From Candidatus Bathyarchaeota archaeon (GTDB lineage: Archaea; Thermoproteota; Bathyarchaeia; Bathyarchaeales; Bathycorpusculaceae), in NCBI GenBank assembly GCA_963717465.1, contig OY970340.1:832001-896000 (forward strand): 64,000 bases of DNA. The letters are read 5' to 3'. The notes under the pieces are model-generated. The model saw only the letters and a list, made by a program, of their open reading frames with translations, was not told the origin of the DNA and made no database searches. Below are positions 30,209-39,499 of this stretch, piece by piece; positions within the stretch are counted from its first letter, which is position 1, and each line of letters opens with the position of its first letter. The translations under genes and the position numbers were made by a program.

Positions 30209-30950
30209 ACCAGTACTGCAACTTGAGAAGATAAACAAAACTTACATGCTCGGTAAACGACCAGTCACAGCTTTAATGAACCTCAACCTGACAGTAAACA
30301 GCGGCGAGTTTCTAGCGATCATGGGTCCTTCAGGCAGCGGCAAAACCACCCTATTAAACATCATAGGTTGCATTGACAAGCCAAGTACTGGAAAAATTGT
30401 GTTAGACGGCGCTGATATCACCAACACCCCTGAAAACCAGCTCTACAAGATCCGAAGAGACAAAATGGGATTCATTTTTCAAACCTTCAACCTGCTGCCA
30501 TACCTAAACGCAAGAGAAAACGTTGAGTTACCGATGGAGACGAGCATTAAATCTTCGGAAAGCCGAAAGAAGCGTGCCAGCGAACTGTTAGCAATGGTTG
30601 GTCTTTCAGGCAGAGAAGAACATAGACCACAGCGGCTTAGTGCTGGGGAACAGCAGAGAGTAGCAATAGCTCGTGCATTAGCAAACAACCCCGCCGTAAT
30701 TCTTGCAGACGAGCCTACTGGAAACTTGGACAGCCAGAACAAGAAAGATATCGTAAAATTACTTGCAAACCTGAACATTGACAGAGGAACCACAATAATT
30801 ATGGTTACCCATGATGGCCAAGTGGCTTCCCACACAGAGCGAATGCTGCTTCTAAAGGATGGAAAAATCTTGAAGGAAAAACAAGGATTACATTATGCAA
30901 AAAAAAGTGGTCAAGCTCCGACAAACACTTTGAATCAAACGAAAACGTAG
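30201..30950 (+). CDS. LolD/MacB-type ABC ATPase
   Basis: GPSGSGKTT, LSAGEQQRVAIARAL, ADEPTGNLD. Confidence 0.93.
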   Translation: MSKPVLQLEKINKTYMLGKRPVTALMNLNLTVNSGEFLAIMGPSGSGKTTLLNIIGCIDKPSTGKIVLDGADITNTPENQLYKIRRDKMGFIFQTFNLLPYLNARENVELPMETSIKSSESRKKRASELLAMVGLSGREEHRPQRLSAGEQQRVAIARALANNPAVILADEPTGNLDSQNKKDIVKLLANLNIDRGTTIIMVTHDGQVASHTERMLLLKDGKILKEKQGLHYAKKSGQAPTNTLNQTKT

Positions 30951-31115
30951 GTGCATTTAGGCTTCTTCAGTAAATTTCCTAGAAAAACTTCTTTTTTCTT
31001 TTTAAAATCAACGAAATTATTGAACTACGCAAGCTCAGCAATCTAGTAAGCATAAAACCTTAAATTTACACCAGTGAAGGAGCTTTAAACATCAATAAGC
31101 ACTTATATTCGATAG

Positions 31116-31313
31116 CTAAGGGATGCCGCGCTTTGAGCAGTAAAAGTTTCCGTTAATTCTCTCAAAATATGGACATTTTCCTCCATCGCAATGCTCAAGC
31201 CATTGACAAGGTGAACGAACTTCGTGTACTCTTGGCATGTACCCACGATAAGAAACTGAAAGGTTTTTAGGATCTAATTCTTCTAAAATCGTTCCCAAAT
31301 TTAAACACCTCAA
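31116..31313 (-). CDS. Small Cys-containing hypothetical protein
   Basis: SPCQWLEHCDGGKCPYF...FYC. Confidence 0.45.
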   Translation of the reverse strand: MRCLNLGTILEELDPKNLSVSYRGYMPRVHEVRSPCQWLEHCDGGKCPYFERINGNFYCSKRGIP

Positions 31314-31458
31314 AACTTTAACTTAATTTTTATAAAAATGAAAAGTTATTATTAAAATTGTGTTGCAAACACATAACAACAACAAAAACATATAAGCCTT
31401 AGCAAGCGCAAAAACGTTAATTACTTCATCTAAACCATCTTATTCTAAGGCACTTCAA

Positions 31459-32379
31459 ATGGCGCTTCAAAATAGAGATATAATATCAATTCAAGACTTT
31501 ACTAAACAAGAAATCACCCAAATTTTGCAGTTCAGCAAGTCGATGGAGCCAAAAGCAAAAACAGGCACAAACACCCTAAAAGGAAAAATTCTTGCCACGC
31601 TATTCTATGAACCTTCAACAAGGACCAGATTAAGCTTTGAAGCAGCTATGCAGAAACAAGGCGGAACAACCATAGGTTTCACGCAACCCCAAGAAGCAAG
31701 CATCAAAAAAGGAGAAAACCTTGCGGATACAATTCGCACAGTAGAGAATTATGCTGACGTAATCGCACTCCGTCATCCATTGGAAGGAGCAGCAAAATTA
31801 GCGGCTGAAATAAGCGAAAAGCCAATAATTAACGCTGGGACAGGTGCAGAAGAGCATCCAACACAAGCATTCACAGATTTGTACACTATCCAAAAAGAAA
31901 AAGGGACTATAGACAACTTGAAAATAGCCTTAATTGGCGATCTAAGATATGGTAGAACTGTTCACTCGCTTGCTTATGCGCTAATGAATTACAATGTTGA
32001 GTTGCACCTGATTTCTCCAGAGACTCTTCGTATGCAAAAAAGTGTTTTGAAAACGATAAAAACGAAGATAAATGTTGTAGAAGACGCAAATCTTGAAAAA
32101 ATAATCCAAGAAATAGACGTCTTGTATGTAACAAGAATTCAAAAGGAACGTTTCCCTGATCAAGCTGAATACGCGAAGCTAAAAGGCACCTACAAAATAG
32201 ATAAAAATACAATTTTGAACGCAAAGAAAGGCATGATTATTCTTCATCCTCTTCCAAGAATAGATGAAATAGCTCCAGAAGTTGATAAAACGCCGCATGC
32301 ACGGTATTTTCAGCAAGCATGGAACGGACTTGTAGTCAGAATGGCACTGCTAACGTTGGTTTTAAGCGAAACCAAATAG
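31459..32379 (+). CDS. pyrB: Aspartate carbamoyltransferase catalytic subunit
   Basis: FYEPSTRTRLSFE, HPTQ, HPLPR. Confidence 0.97.
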   Translation: MALQNRDIISIQDFTKQEITQILQFSKSMEPKAKTGTNTLKGKILATLFYEPSTRTRLSFEAAMQKQGGTTIGFTQPQEASIKKGENLADTIRTVENYADVIALRHPLEGAAKLAAEISEKPIINAGTGAEEHPTQAFTDLYTIQKEKGTIDNLKIALIGDLRYGRTVHSLAYALMNYNVELHLISPETLRMQKSVLKTIKTKINVVEDANLEKIIQEIDVLYVTRIQKERFPDQAEYAKLKGTYKIDKNTILNAKKGMIILHPLPRIDEIAPEVDKTPHARYFQQAWNGLVVRMALLTLVLSETK

Positions 32380-32382
32380 AAC

Positions 32383-34590
32383 TTAGGCTGAATCAAACCT
32401 GTCAAATTTTGCTATCGAGTTTATGGATCCACATGTGGGGCACTTGTGAAGATTTCCAAACCAGCTTTTCTTGCAGTTGTCACAGTAACTAATTACTCGA
32501 TTGTATGTGAAGAAATTAAGTGTTTGATTCTCTATTAATTGCTTTGTAAAACTCAAAAGCATTTCCGGGGTGTATTCAGCCTCATGCAAATCTATTATGC
32601 CGAGAAAACAGCTTTTGAAGCCTTTTTGCTTCTTTCCAATCTTTATATCTTCAGGGGCAAATCCAAAATTCTCACTGTTTGCCTGCAAATGTATAGTTGT
32701 TGAGTAGTAAGGCTTCTCTCTTGTTCCAGAAAACTTGATTTTAGCTATCCCGTACTTCTCGATGTCCAGTCGCGCAAGTCTTTCAGATGCTTCAGGACTG
32801 TAAATTATTGCAGGATACAGACGTCTTCCAAGTCGTCTTCCGAGTATCACCTTGAAAGCTTGAATTTCCTGTATCACTTCTTCGAAAAACTTGCTGTTTT
32901 CTTCAACTCTGCCTGCTTTTTCAGTGAAAGATTCTGCTGCTTCATTTAAACCTGCAAAATTTATTAATCGCAAGCAATTTTCAAGCCTAAAGTACGCGTC
33001 ACCCTTAGCCTTTTTTAGAAGAAATGGTAACGTATTATTGCCATATTTTTTTATAGCGTTATATTTAATATCTAAGGCACGAGCAGCTAATTCGCACCGA
33101 TCTCTTAAAATCTCAAAAAACTTGTTCTTTTCCATATTGCTTTCTTGAACAATCCGCGGAATGTTTATGGTAACATACCCAAGACACCCCGTACGGAGCG
33201 TATCTGTTTCCCAGTCATCAGTTAAGTCTGGTGAAAAACTAGCTCCTGTGGCAGAAAAAGAATTGTCTTCAACTTCTTTTTGAATCATACATGCAAAGTT
33301 AGGAATTCCGTTTCTTGTAGCCAGTAGATGTGCTTTCAAAAGCACTTTCTTTGCTTTCTCATCAGCTAAAACGTTTTTGTCTATTTTTAAGACTAGATTA
33401 GGGCTAAATAATGGTTTGATTGCGCTTTCTTCCATCATTACCTCAACGGTTAAATCAGCCAGTAACACGGTTTCTGAAGCAAAATCGCTATATTTCCCAT
33501 TAATTTTTCCTCCTGGGCCGATGGCTGGTTTTTCCCCTACCACTTTTGGAATTGAAAGCTCTAAGCCTAGCGTTACTTGGACGTGTTTGTTTAAGTTGAG
33601 CAGGAATAACCGCAGACTTTCCTTAATCCTTTGACGATCAAGACCTTTTGCGTAAGGTGCAAGAAACACAGTGAAGTAATTGCATGTTTGCATGCGATTT
33701 ACTTCTTTACTTGAATGCAAAAGTACATTAAAGATGGTGATTAATGCCGATTCGAAGTTGTCTGGTGGGCGCGTTGAAAATTCATGCGGGTCATCAAAAA
33801 TGATGCCGTTTTGGAAGAAAAACCGCATGTCGTGGATTACTTCGTTTGGTTTTAAAATCCACGTGCCTAAACCGTCTATGTGAATTGCGCCAGAGAGGTG
33901 TGCATCAGCTATGTCTCTTGGGAAAATGTTGAGAAGCGTGTATTCACCTATGACTGTTTGGCCTGCTTTTGCCAGAATGCTTGTTGAATCTTGTATTTTC
34001 TGTTTCGATATTATCAATAGAGTTACTTCGTGAATTGGCATGCCTACTCTGGTTAGTTTGTTGCGGTAATCTTCATAGCCCTTTTCGACTAGTATCCCAT
34101 TTACAACTTCTCTGATTAGTGAAGCGGTCAGGTACTTGGTTTTGGACTTTAGCAAGCGTTTCTCAGCTTCTTTAGCTGCTTTTTGGGCTAACTCAACGGG
34201 TACTCTTGCTTCAGCTATAAGCGAATTCGCAATTTTGTTTGCGTCAAATTCTTCAAGCGTTAAATGCGAGGTTCTTACAAGCATTCCTCGTGGTTTAACA
34301 GCGTTTTTCTCAATTCTATCAGAAACATCTAGAACCATTTTGCCAAGATCTGTCAAGAAATACTTCTTTGATTCAACATCAGCTTCAACCAAGTTAGCCT
34401 TTAAAAGGAACTTTAGGTGATAAGCAAATCTTCCAGCATCTCGGCTGGGATTCATCTTAAGCGCATTCATCAATTCCGTGTATGAGAGAGCGCTTTTATC
34501 GAATAATAAGTTGAGAATTTGAAGCCTGAGGGGTGAAGAAACGGCTTTTAGAACCTTCACGCCGCGCGTTCGATGAGGTGGATTTACCAT
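32383..34590 (-). CDS. ArsR-HTH + ATP-cone + NrdD-like fusion, apparently catalytically degenerate
   Basis: N-terminal wHTH; ATP cone (EEFDANKI...LTASLIRE); NrdD-like core (AHLSGAIHI, DTLRTG...TINIPRI); C-terminal CDNC/CPTC zinc ribbon; no RxxGY motif. Confidence 0.85.
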   Translation of the reverse strand: MVNPPHRTRGVKVLKAVSSPLRLQILNLLFDKSALSYTELMNALKMNPSRDAGRFAYHLKFLLKANLVEADVESKKYFLTDLGKMVLDVSDRIEKNAVKPRGMLVRTSHLTLEEFDANKIANSLIAEARVPVELAQKAAKEAEKRLLKSKTKYLTASLIREVVNGILVEKGYEDYRNKLTRVGMPIHEVTLLIISKQKIQDSTSILAKAGQTVIGEYTLLNIFPRDIADAHLSGAIHIDGLGTWILKPNEVIHDMRFFFQNGIIFDDPHEFSTRPPDNFESALITIFNVLLHSSKEVNRMQTCNYFTVFLAPYAKGLDRQRIKESLRLFLLNLNKHVQVTLGLELSIPKVVGEKPAIGPGGKINGKYSDFASETVLLADLTVEVMMEESAIKPLFSPNLVLKIDKNVLADEKAKKVLLKAHLLATRNGIPNFACMIQKEVEDNSFSATGASFSPDLTDDWETDTLRTGCLGYVTINIPRIVQESNMEKNKFFEILRDRCELAARALDIKYNAIKKYGNNTLPFLLKKAKGDAYFRLENCLRLINFAGLNEAAESFTEKAGRVEENSKFFEEVIQEIQAFKVILGRRLGRRLYPAIIYSPEASERLARLDIEKYGIAKIKFSGTREKPYYSTTIHLQANSENFGFAPEDIKIGKKQKGFKSCFLGIIDLHEAEYTPEMLLSFTKQLIENQTLNFFTYNRVISYCDNCKKSWFGNLHKCPTCGSINSIAKFDRFDSA

Positions 34591-34866
34591 TCCATGCTTC
34601 CCCCACTCTAAATTTAGTGCTTTACTTATTATTAATTGCAGAGTTTAAACTTAGCTAAGGCTTTATTTATGCAAGCGCTTAAAAGGGGCTGTTTTATGTC
34701 GCTATTTTAGGGTACTTTCCTATTGATATATTATATCTTACGAAAGCACATTCAATATTGATAATCATTATATCTATCTCTGCACTAAGATAAGTTTTGA
34801 GAATTCGTTACGTTTATTTATGGTTTGGTATATTAAACTATCAGATAAGTCCGGGATGTACAAAGC

Positions 34867-35448
34867 ATGTCGAAGAAACCGCAATCCAAAGATGAAGCAT
34901 TCGAAGCCTTAGACTTCATCGTAAACGTACTTAAAGAGCACGAAAAAGACCTAGACCGACTAATAAACGAATTAGGAACAGTAACAGAACGTTTGGGCGA
35001 AACCGGTGAAGTAAGCAAAAAAGTGGAGAAAGTAGAGGAAAAAATAAACGGCTTACAGAATGAAGTAACAAACCTGATTAGCTATTTATCTACTTCACCT
35101 AAAGAAACCCCTACTCCATCAACCATTAGGACTCCAAAACTCGGTTCAGCAAATGCAACTTCGAACACTTTTACCCCTGCTGTACCTTCAGTGCAAAGCG
35201 GTCCTCCTGTAATTCTACGGTGCAAACAATGGGAAGATTTCCAAAATTTGGCGTCACAATCGCAAACAATATCATTCATGTATAAAGAAGCCGAAAAAGC
35301 GTTCCAAGTTGATGCAATAAAGGGCAATCAAATAGCCTCTTACAGCGGCGAGTTACCAAAGTTAGTTTCGCTTTTAAGAATGTGGCTATCAAAGCAGTTA
35401 GATGTTCCAGAAACCAGGATTTTAGAAGGCATTTTGGCCATCGGTTAG
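34867..35448 (+). CDS. Conserved hypothetical coiled-coil protein
   Basis: EALDFIVNVLKEHEKDLDRLI heptads; globular C-terminal domain. Confidence 0.75.
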   Translation: MSKKPQSKDEAFEALDFIVNVLKEHEKDLDRLINELGTVTERLGETGEVSKKVEKVEEKINGLQNEVTNLISYLSTSPKETPTPSTIRTPKLGSANATSNTFTPAVPSVQSGPPVILRCKQWEDFQNLASQSQTISFMYKEAEKAFQVDAIKGNQIASYSGELPKLVSLLRMWLSKQLDVPETRILEGILAIG

Positions 35449-35513
35449 CTTTCAACTTAATCTTTATTTGCAATTCATAAGTCTTATATTTAGAGTTTCG
35501 TAAGTCTTATGAC

Positions 35514-35638
35514 GTGATTGGAGGGCTTAATTACTTGGCGGCTACAACGGTAAAAAATTTTTCCGTTTTCGAAGCCTTCTCCTTTCTCCTCGACTACGGA
35601 TTGAACTGTTGTAGCCGCTAAACAAGCCCTCCCATCAC
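35514..35638 (+). ncRNA. Candidate structured RNA (long irregular hairpin)
   Basis: Five nested helices, including a 17-bp stem with two G-U pairs on the + strand; TATA-like CTTATATTTA about 25 nt upstream. Confidence 0.55.
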
Positions 35639-35660
35639 CAAATAACAAGCGTGAATCGGA

Positions 35661-35804
35661 ATGACTCAAGAAAAGGCTCTTCGTAGACTCAATGAAGAAA
35701 TGATACAGTTCGAAAAATCGGTGGAAGACATGAAGTTGTTGCAAAGCGTTTCAAAAGACCTAAAAAACTTCCGAAAAATGATAAAAGTCAAAAAATACGA
35801 TTAA
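35661..35804 (+). CDS. 47-aa helical protein, not in the ORF track
   Basis: MTQEKALRRLNEEMIQFEKSVEDMKLLQSVSKDLKNFRKMIKVKKYD. Confidence 0.5.
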   Translation: MTQEKALRRLNEEMIQFEKSVEDMKLLQSVSKDLKNFRKMIKVKKYD

Positions 35805-35909
35805 AATTCATCAGCATACAATCCTAAGCATACGACCCAAAGCGCCTTGGATTTGGATAAGGTATATAATTGTTAATTACTATGCGTTTACCGCCGAGTA
35901 AACGATCCT

Positions 35910-37016
35910 ATGACATTGCAGAAGACCAGACTTAATCTTAAAACTATCTTAGTTCCGCTTGCAGGAATAGCTGCTTTTCTACTATACATATTTGTCATTA
36001 ACACAATTAGCCAAAGTGGCTTATCGCAAATTATCGTGGACTTTCAAAAAGTAAACCCGCTTTATTATGGCTTAGCAGCCGTTTCAAGTTTGCTTGAAAT
36101 GGTTTTTTTCACGTATTCATGGAAGACGCTTCTAGATAGTCTATCGGTAAAGTTGTCTTTTCTACGTGCCAACCTGTATGTTTTCTACGGAAATTTTGTT
36201 GACATCTTACTCCCAGCCGGGTCTGCTAGCAACGATTTAACTCGAGTTTACTTAGTCACCAAAGAGCATGGAAAAACAAGAAGCGGCCTAGCAATGGCTT
36301 CGCTTGTTATACACAGGTTCATCGGAATGGGCATGAATGTCTTAATTTTAATCATCGGAGTAGTTTTGCTCTTAAACGAACCGGACGCGATTAAAAATCA
36401 GTTTTTAGTCCATATAGGAGGCTTAAATTATATTATAGCTTTAACGGTCGCCATTGCAGCAGCGTTAGTCGTCTTAATTGTACTTTTAACTAACGATAAA
36501 GTTAGCGCCAAGTTCATCAATGCCATGATAAAATTCTCATCAAAAATCAGCCGTAACAAATGGAATCTTGGAAATCTACAGAATAACGTTTCGGAAATTG
36601 CTCAAAATTACCATGAATCAATGAATCACTATAAAAAGAACATGAAATCAGTGGCATTCTCTTTCTTCTTAATGGTGATCACTTGGGTTTTCAGTCTCAC
36701 AACTCAATACCTAGTTTTCCTATCGCTTGGAATCCCAATTTCCTTTGGAGCAGTAGCAATAACTGCAGGAATAATTCTAGTTGTTTCTGCTATACCTTTT
36801 GGACCGTTTCAAGTTGGGATTCCTGATGTACTCATGAGTTTATTATATGGTATCTTTATAGGGAATTTTGGGGTTGCAGCTGTAGCCACTCTACTTATAC
36901 GGTTTTTGACTCTTTGGCTCAGGTTCATCTTAGGCTTTGTTGCCCAACAATATCTTGAATTAAGACCGATGAAAGCACCTGAAACGCCTGAAATTTCAAA
37001 TCCATCAAAAAACTAA
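35910..37016 (+). CDS. UPF0104 / lysylphosphatidylglycerol synthase TM-domain (flippase-like) protein
   Basis: GNFVDILLP.G, IPFGPFQVGI.D, ATLLIRFLTLW; many TM helices. Confidence 0.85.
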   Translation: MTLQKTRLNLKTILVPLAGIAAFLLYIFVINTISQSGLSQIIVDFQKVNPLYYGLAAVSSLLEMVFFTYSWKTLLDSLSVKLSFLRANLYVFYGNFVDILLPAGSASNDLTRVYLVTKEHGKTRSGLAMASLVIHRFIGMGMNVLILIIGVVLLLNEPDAIKNQFLVHIGGLNYIIALTVAIAAALVVLIVLLTNDKVSAKFINAMIKFSSKISRNKWNLGNLQNNVSEIAQNYHESMNHYKKNMKSVAFSFFLMVITWVFSLTTQYLVFLSLGIPISFGAVAITAGIILVVSAIPFGPFQVGIPDVLMSLLYGIFIGNFGVAAVATLLIRFLTLWLRFILGFVAQQYLELRPMKAPETPEISNPSKN

Positions 37017-37049
37017 AAATTACACATGTTTTCTTTTGTTTAAAGGTGT

Positions 37050-37499
37050 ATGCAGGAATTAGTAATTGAAGGTGCGACCATAAAGTTTCTTGATAGATTA
37101 TACGAGTTAGAAACTTTATGTTTTGATCATGAAGCGTTTACTAAGCGCCAATTATTGTATCTTCTAAGCGACCACGATACTTTTGGGTTAATCGCCCGGT
37201 TGAACGGTGAAATCGTCGGGTTTATTATTTTTCGAATAGAAAGTGATGAAGATACTTATGGTCATATAATAACGATAAATGTCTCCCCAAATCATCGACG
37301 CCGAGGTATCGGACAGAAGCTTATGAAGGAAATGGAACTTATCTTGAAACAGAAAGGGATAGTTGATTGTCGCTTAGAAGTTAGAGAGGGAAATGAGGCT
37401 GCATTGAGGCTTTATAGGCAACTTGGATACCAAGAGGCAGGTAGGCTGGAAGGATACTATGGAAAATCCCATGGATTATACCTCAGCAAAAGATTATAA
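37050..37499 (+). CDS. RimI-like GNAT acetyltransferase
   Basis: HIITINV.P.HRRRGIG, LEVREGNEAALRLY. Confidence 0.9.
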   Translation: MQELVIEGATIKFLDRLYELETLCFDHEAFTKRQLLYLLSDHDTFGLIARLNGEIVGFIIFRIESDEDTYGHIITINVSPNHRRRGIGQKLMKEMELILKQKGIVDCRLEVREGNEAALRLYRQLGYQEAGRLEGYYGKSHGLYLSKRL

Positions 37500-37555
37500 T
37501 TGCTTCAACTCTGGGTGCAACATTGAGAACAAACATTTAAAAACAATCTTGCGAT

Positions 37556-37843
37556 TTGAATTATGAGGAATTTGGGGTGGGCTCTGAAGAGAAAATAACC
37601 AACGAACAAACGCTTGTTAAAACATTTGTTGTATTAATACGCAATACTACTTGGAGATGCGGAAAACTCGAAAAATCTATTATTCTCCACCTTCACAAGC
37701 GCCACGAAAACTTCGGCAAATCAGGTGCCTCAGTGGGCGATATCATGCAGACCCTAAATATTAACGGCAAGAAAAGAGACGAGTGCTTAGATGCACTAAA
37801 GAGACTTGAAAAACGGAATATAATTAAGATTTTGCCGCTTTAA
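37556..37843 (+). CDS. Hypothetical wHTH-like protein
   Basis: C-terminal LDALKRLEKRNIIKI. Confidence 0.55.
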   Translation: MNYEEFGVGSEEKITNEQTLVKTFVVLIRNTTWRCGKLEKSIILHLHKRHENFGKSGASVGDIMQTLNINGKKRDECLDALKRLEKRNIIKILPL

Positions 37844-37859
37844 CCTTTTATCTTGTTAT

Positions 37860-38459
37860 TTATTTTGCTCTTAATTTTGCCTCGGAAATCCATCTTTTAA
37901 CAATTTTAGGCGATATCTGAAGGCTCTTTGCTACATCTTCAGCTGATGCATTTGCTAATTCTTCAAAACTGCTGATTCCTAAAGCATTCAATTGTGCAGC
38001 TCTTTTTTGCCCAATTCCTTTGAGTCTTTTCACTTGTGATCTTTTAACATGTGTAACTGGTTGTGTATCTGGCAAGGTTGTTGTTTCAGTTGCTGGCGAT
38101 GGCGTTGGGGATAATGGTTGAGTTGGAGATTCTACGGTTACGGTGTTTTCGATGACTGGTGGCTTTTCAACAACTGCCACAGGTTCAGCAGGAATTTGAA
38201 TTGTTTGCGGGACAACAGTCTCTGACACCGCTACATTTGACTGTACATTTGACTGTATACTTGTCTGTGGGGCTTGCATCAAAGCTTTTGGTCGTTGAAA
38301 GTAACCGAAGCCGATAGAAAGCAAGCCTAAGACGACTGTGGATACAACCCACAGCTGGTGTTCTGTCATCTCCATAGATATTGCTACGTAGGAAATTATT
38401 GTTACAACAAAAAATAGTCCGGCAACAACGTACATTATATAATCCAATCGCATGCACAT
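37860..38459 (-). CDS. Membrane protein with C-terminal helix-hairpin-helix (DUF4332-like) domain
   Basis: Two TM helices, P/T-rich linker, LKGIGQKRAAQLNALGI. Confidence 0.75.
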   Translation of the reverse strand: MCMRLDYIMYVVAGLFFVVTIISYVAISMEMTEHQLWVVSTVVLGLLSIGFGYFQRPKALMQAPQTSIQSNVQSNVAVSETVVPQTIQIPAEPVAVVEKPPVIENTVTVESPTQPLSPTPSPATETTTLPDTQPVTHVKRSQVKRLKGIGQKRAAQLNALGISSFEELANASAEDVAKSLQISPKIVKRWISEAKLRAK

Positions 38460-38742
38460 TCACTGGTTCCTTATTTCCATAGAGTTTACTTAAAAAACTT
38501 TCCATAACTATTTTTGACTATTTCACAAATTAAAGAATCAAACAGAAAAAAAATTACTGCAAAAGCCATTTTTAACTGACCTCTGTCTTACTAAACAATA
38601 CTTTACAGCAAATCGCCTGATTGCCTGAATTCTTAAAAATTCAAGTCGATTGTACAGTTTTTGATGGCTATTCCTAAATGTTCTTTAGTGCGCTTCGCAA
38701 AACTTTATACATTCTCGAAAATTAACCGAAGTGTACGCTTGA

Positions 38743-39499
38743 ATGGCAAAATCGAACATGGATGAGCGCCCATTATTGTGGATTGGGTGTGCCTATCGAA
38801 ACGTTTTACCTGATCTTCACAAAGAGATAACCCGCTTGTTAAATCGTCTTGGAGTCCAGTTTGAAACGTTGGACAAAGAAGAATGTTGCGGTTTCCCATT
38901 GATCCTCTCTGGAAACAATGATGAGGCCAAAAGGTTTGCAGAAAGAAACATACGCCAAATTGGTGATAAAAAGAGGGTTGTGACAGCATGTCCAGCTTGT
39001 TACAGGGCTTTTAATGAATTTTACCCAAATCTTCTCAAAAGTAAGCTTCCGTTTCGGAGTCTCTCATATAACACAGTATTACTGCGAACTCATAGATCGA
39101 GGCATTTTAAAGGCATCAATGCTAAAGCCTTTGAAAATTAAGGTTATGTATCATGATCCATGCGAACTGGGTAGGCATTCAAAGATTTTTGATGAGCCTC
39201 GAAGAGTGCTGAAGATGATTCCGAATCTATCTTTGTATGAGCCAAGGTTTAGCCGAGAATTGTCAACTTGTTGCGGTGGAGGAGGGCTGGTTTCAGCATA
39301 TTTCCCAACACTTTCTGTAAATATTGCTAGCCGTAAAATATTAGAAGAAGACCATGTTCCAAATGATGTTTGGGCAATTGTCACGGAGTGCCCTCAATGC
39401 GTAAGTAATCTTCAACGGGCATGGAGCAAGGATGGTACCCCATTGGGCATTAAGGTGTATAATTTGGCTAAAATTTTGAACATGTCATTAGGTGATTAG
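38743..39499 (+). CDS. LutA-like Fe-S (CCG-domain) protein, frameshift near 39052
   Basis: WIGC, EECCG, TACPAC / YHDPCELGR, TCCGGGG, TECPQC. Confidence 0.8.
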
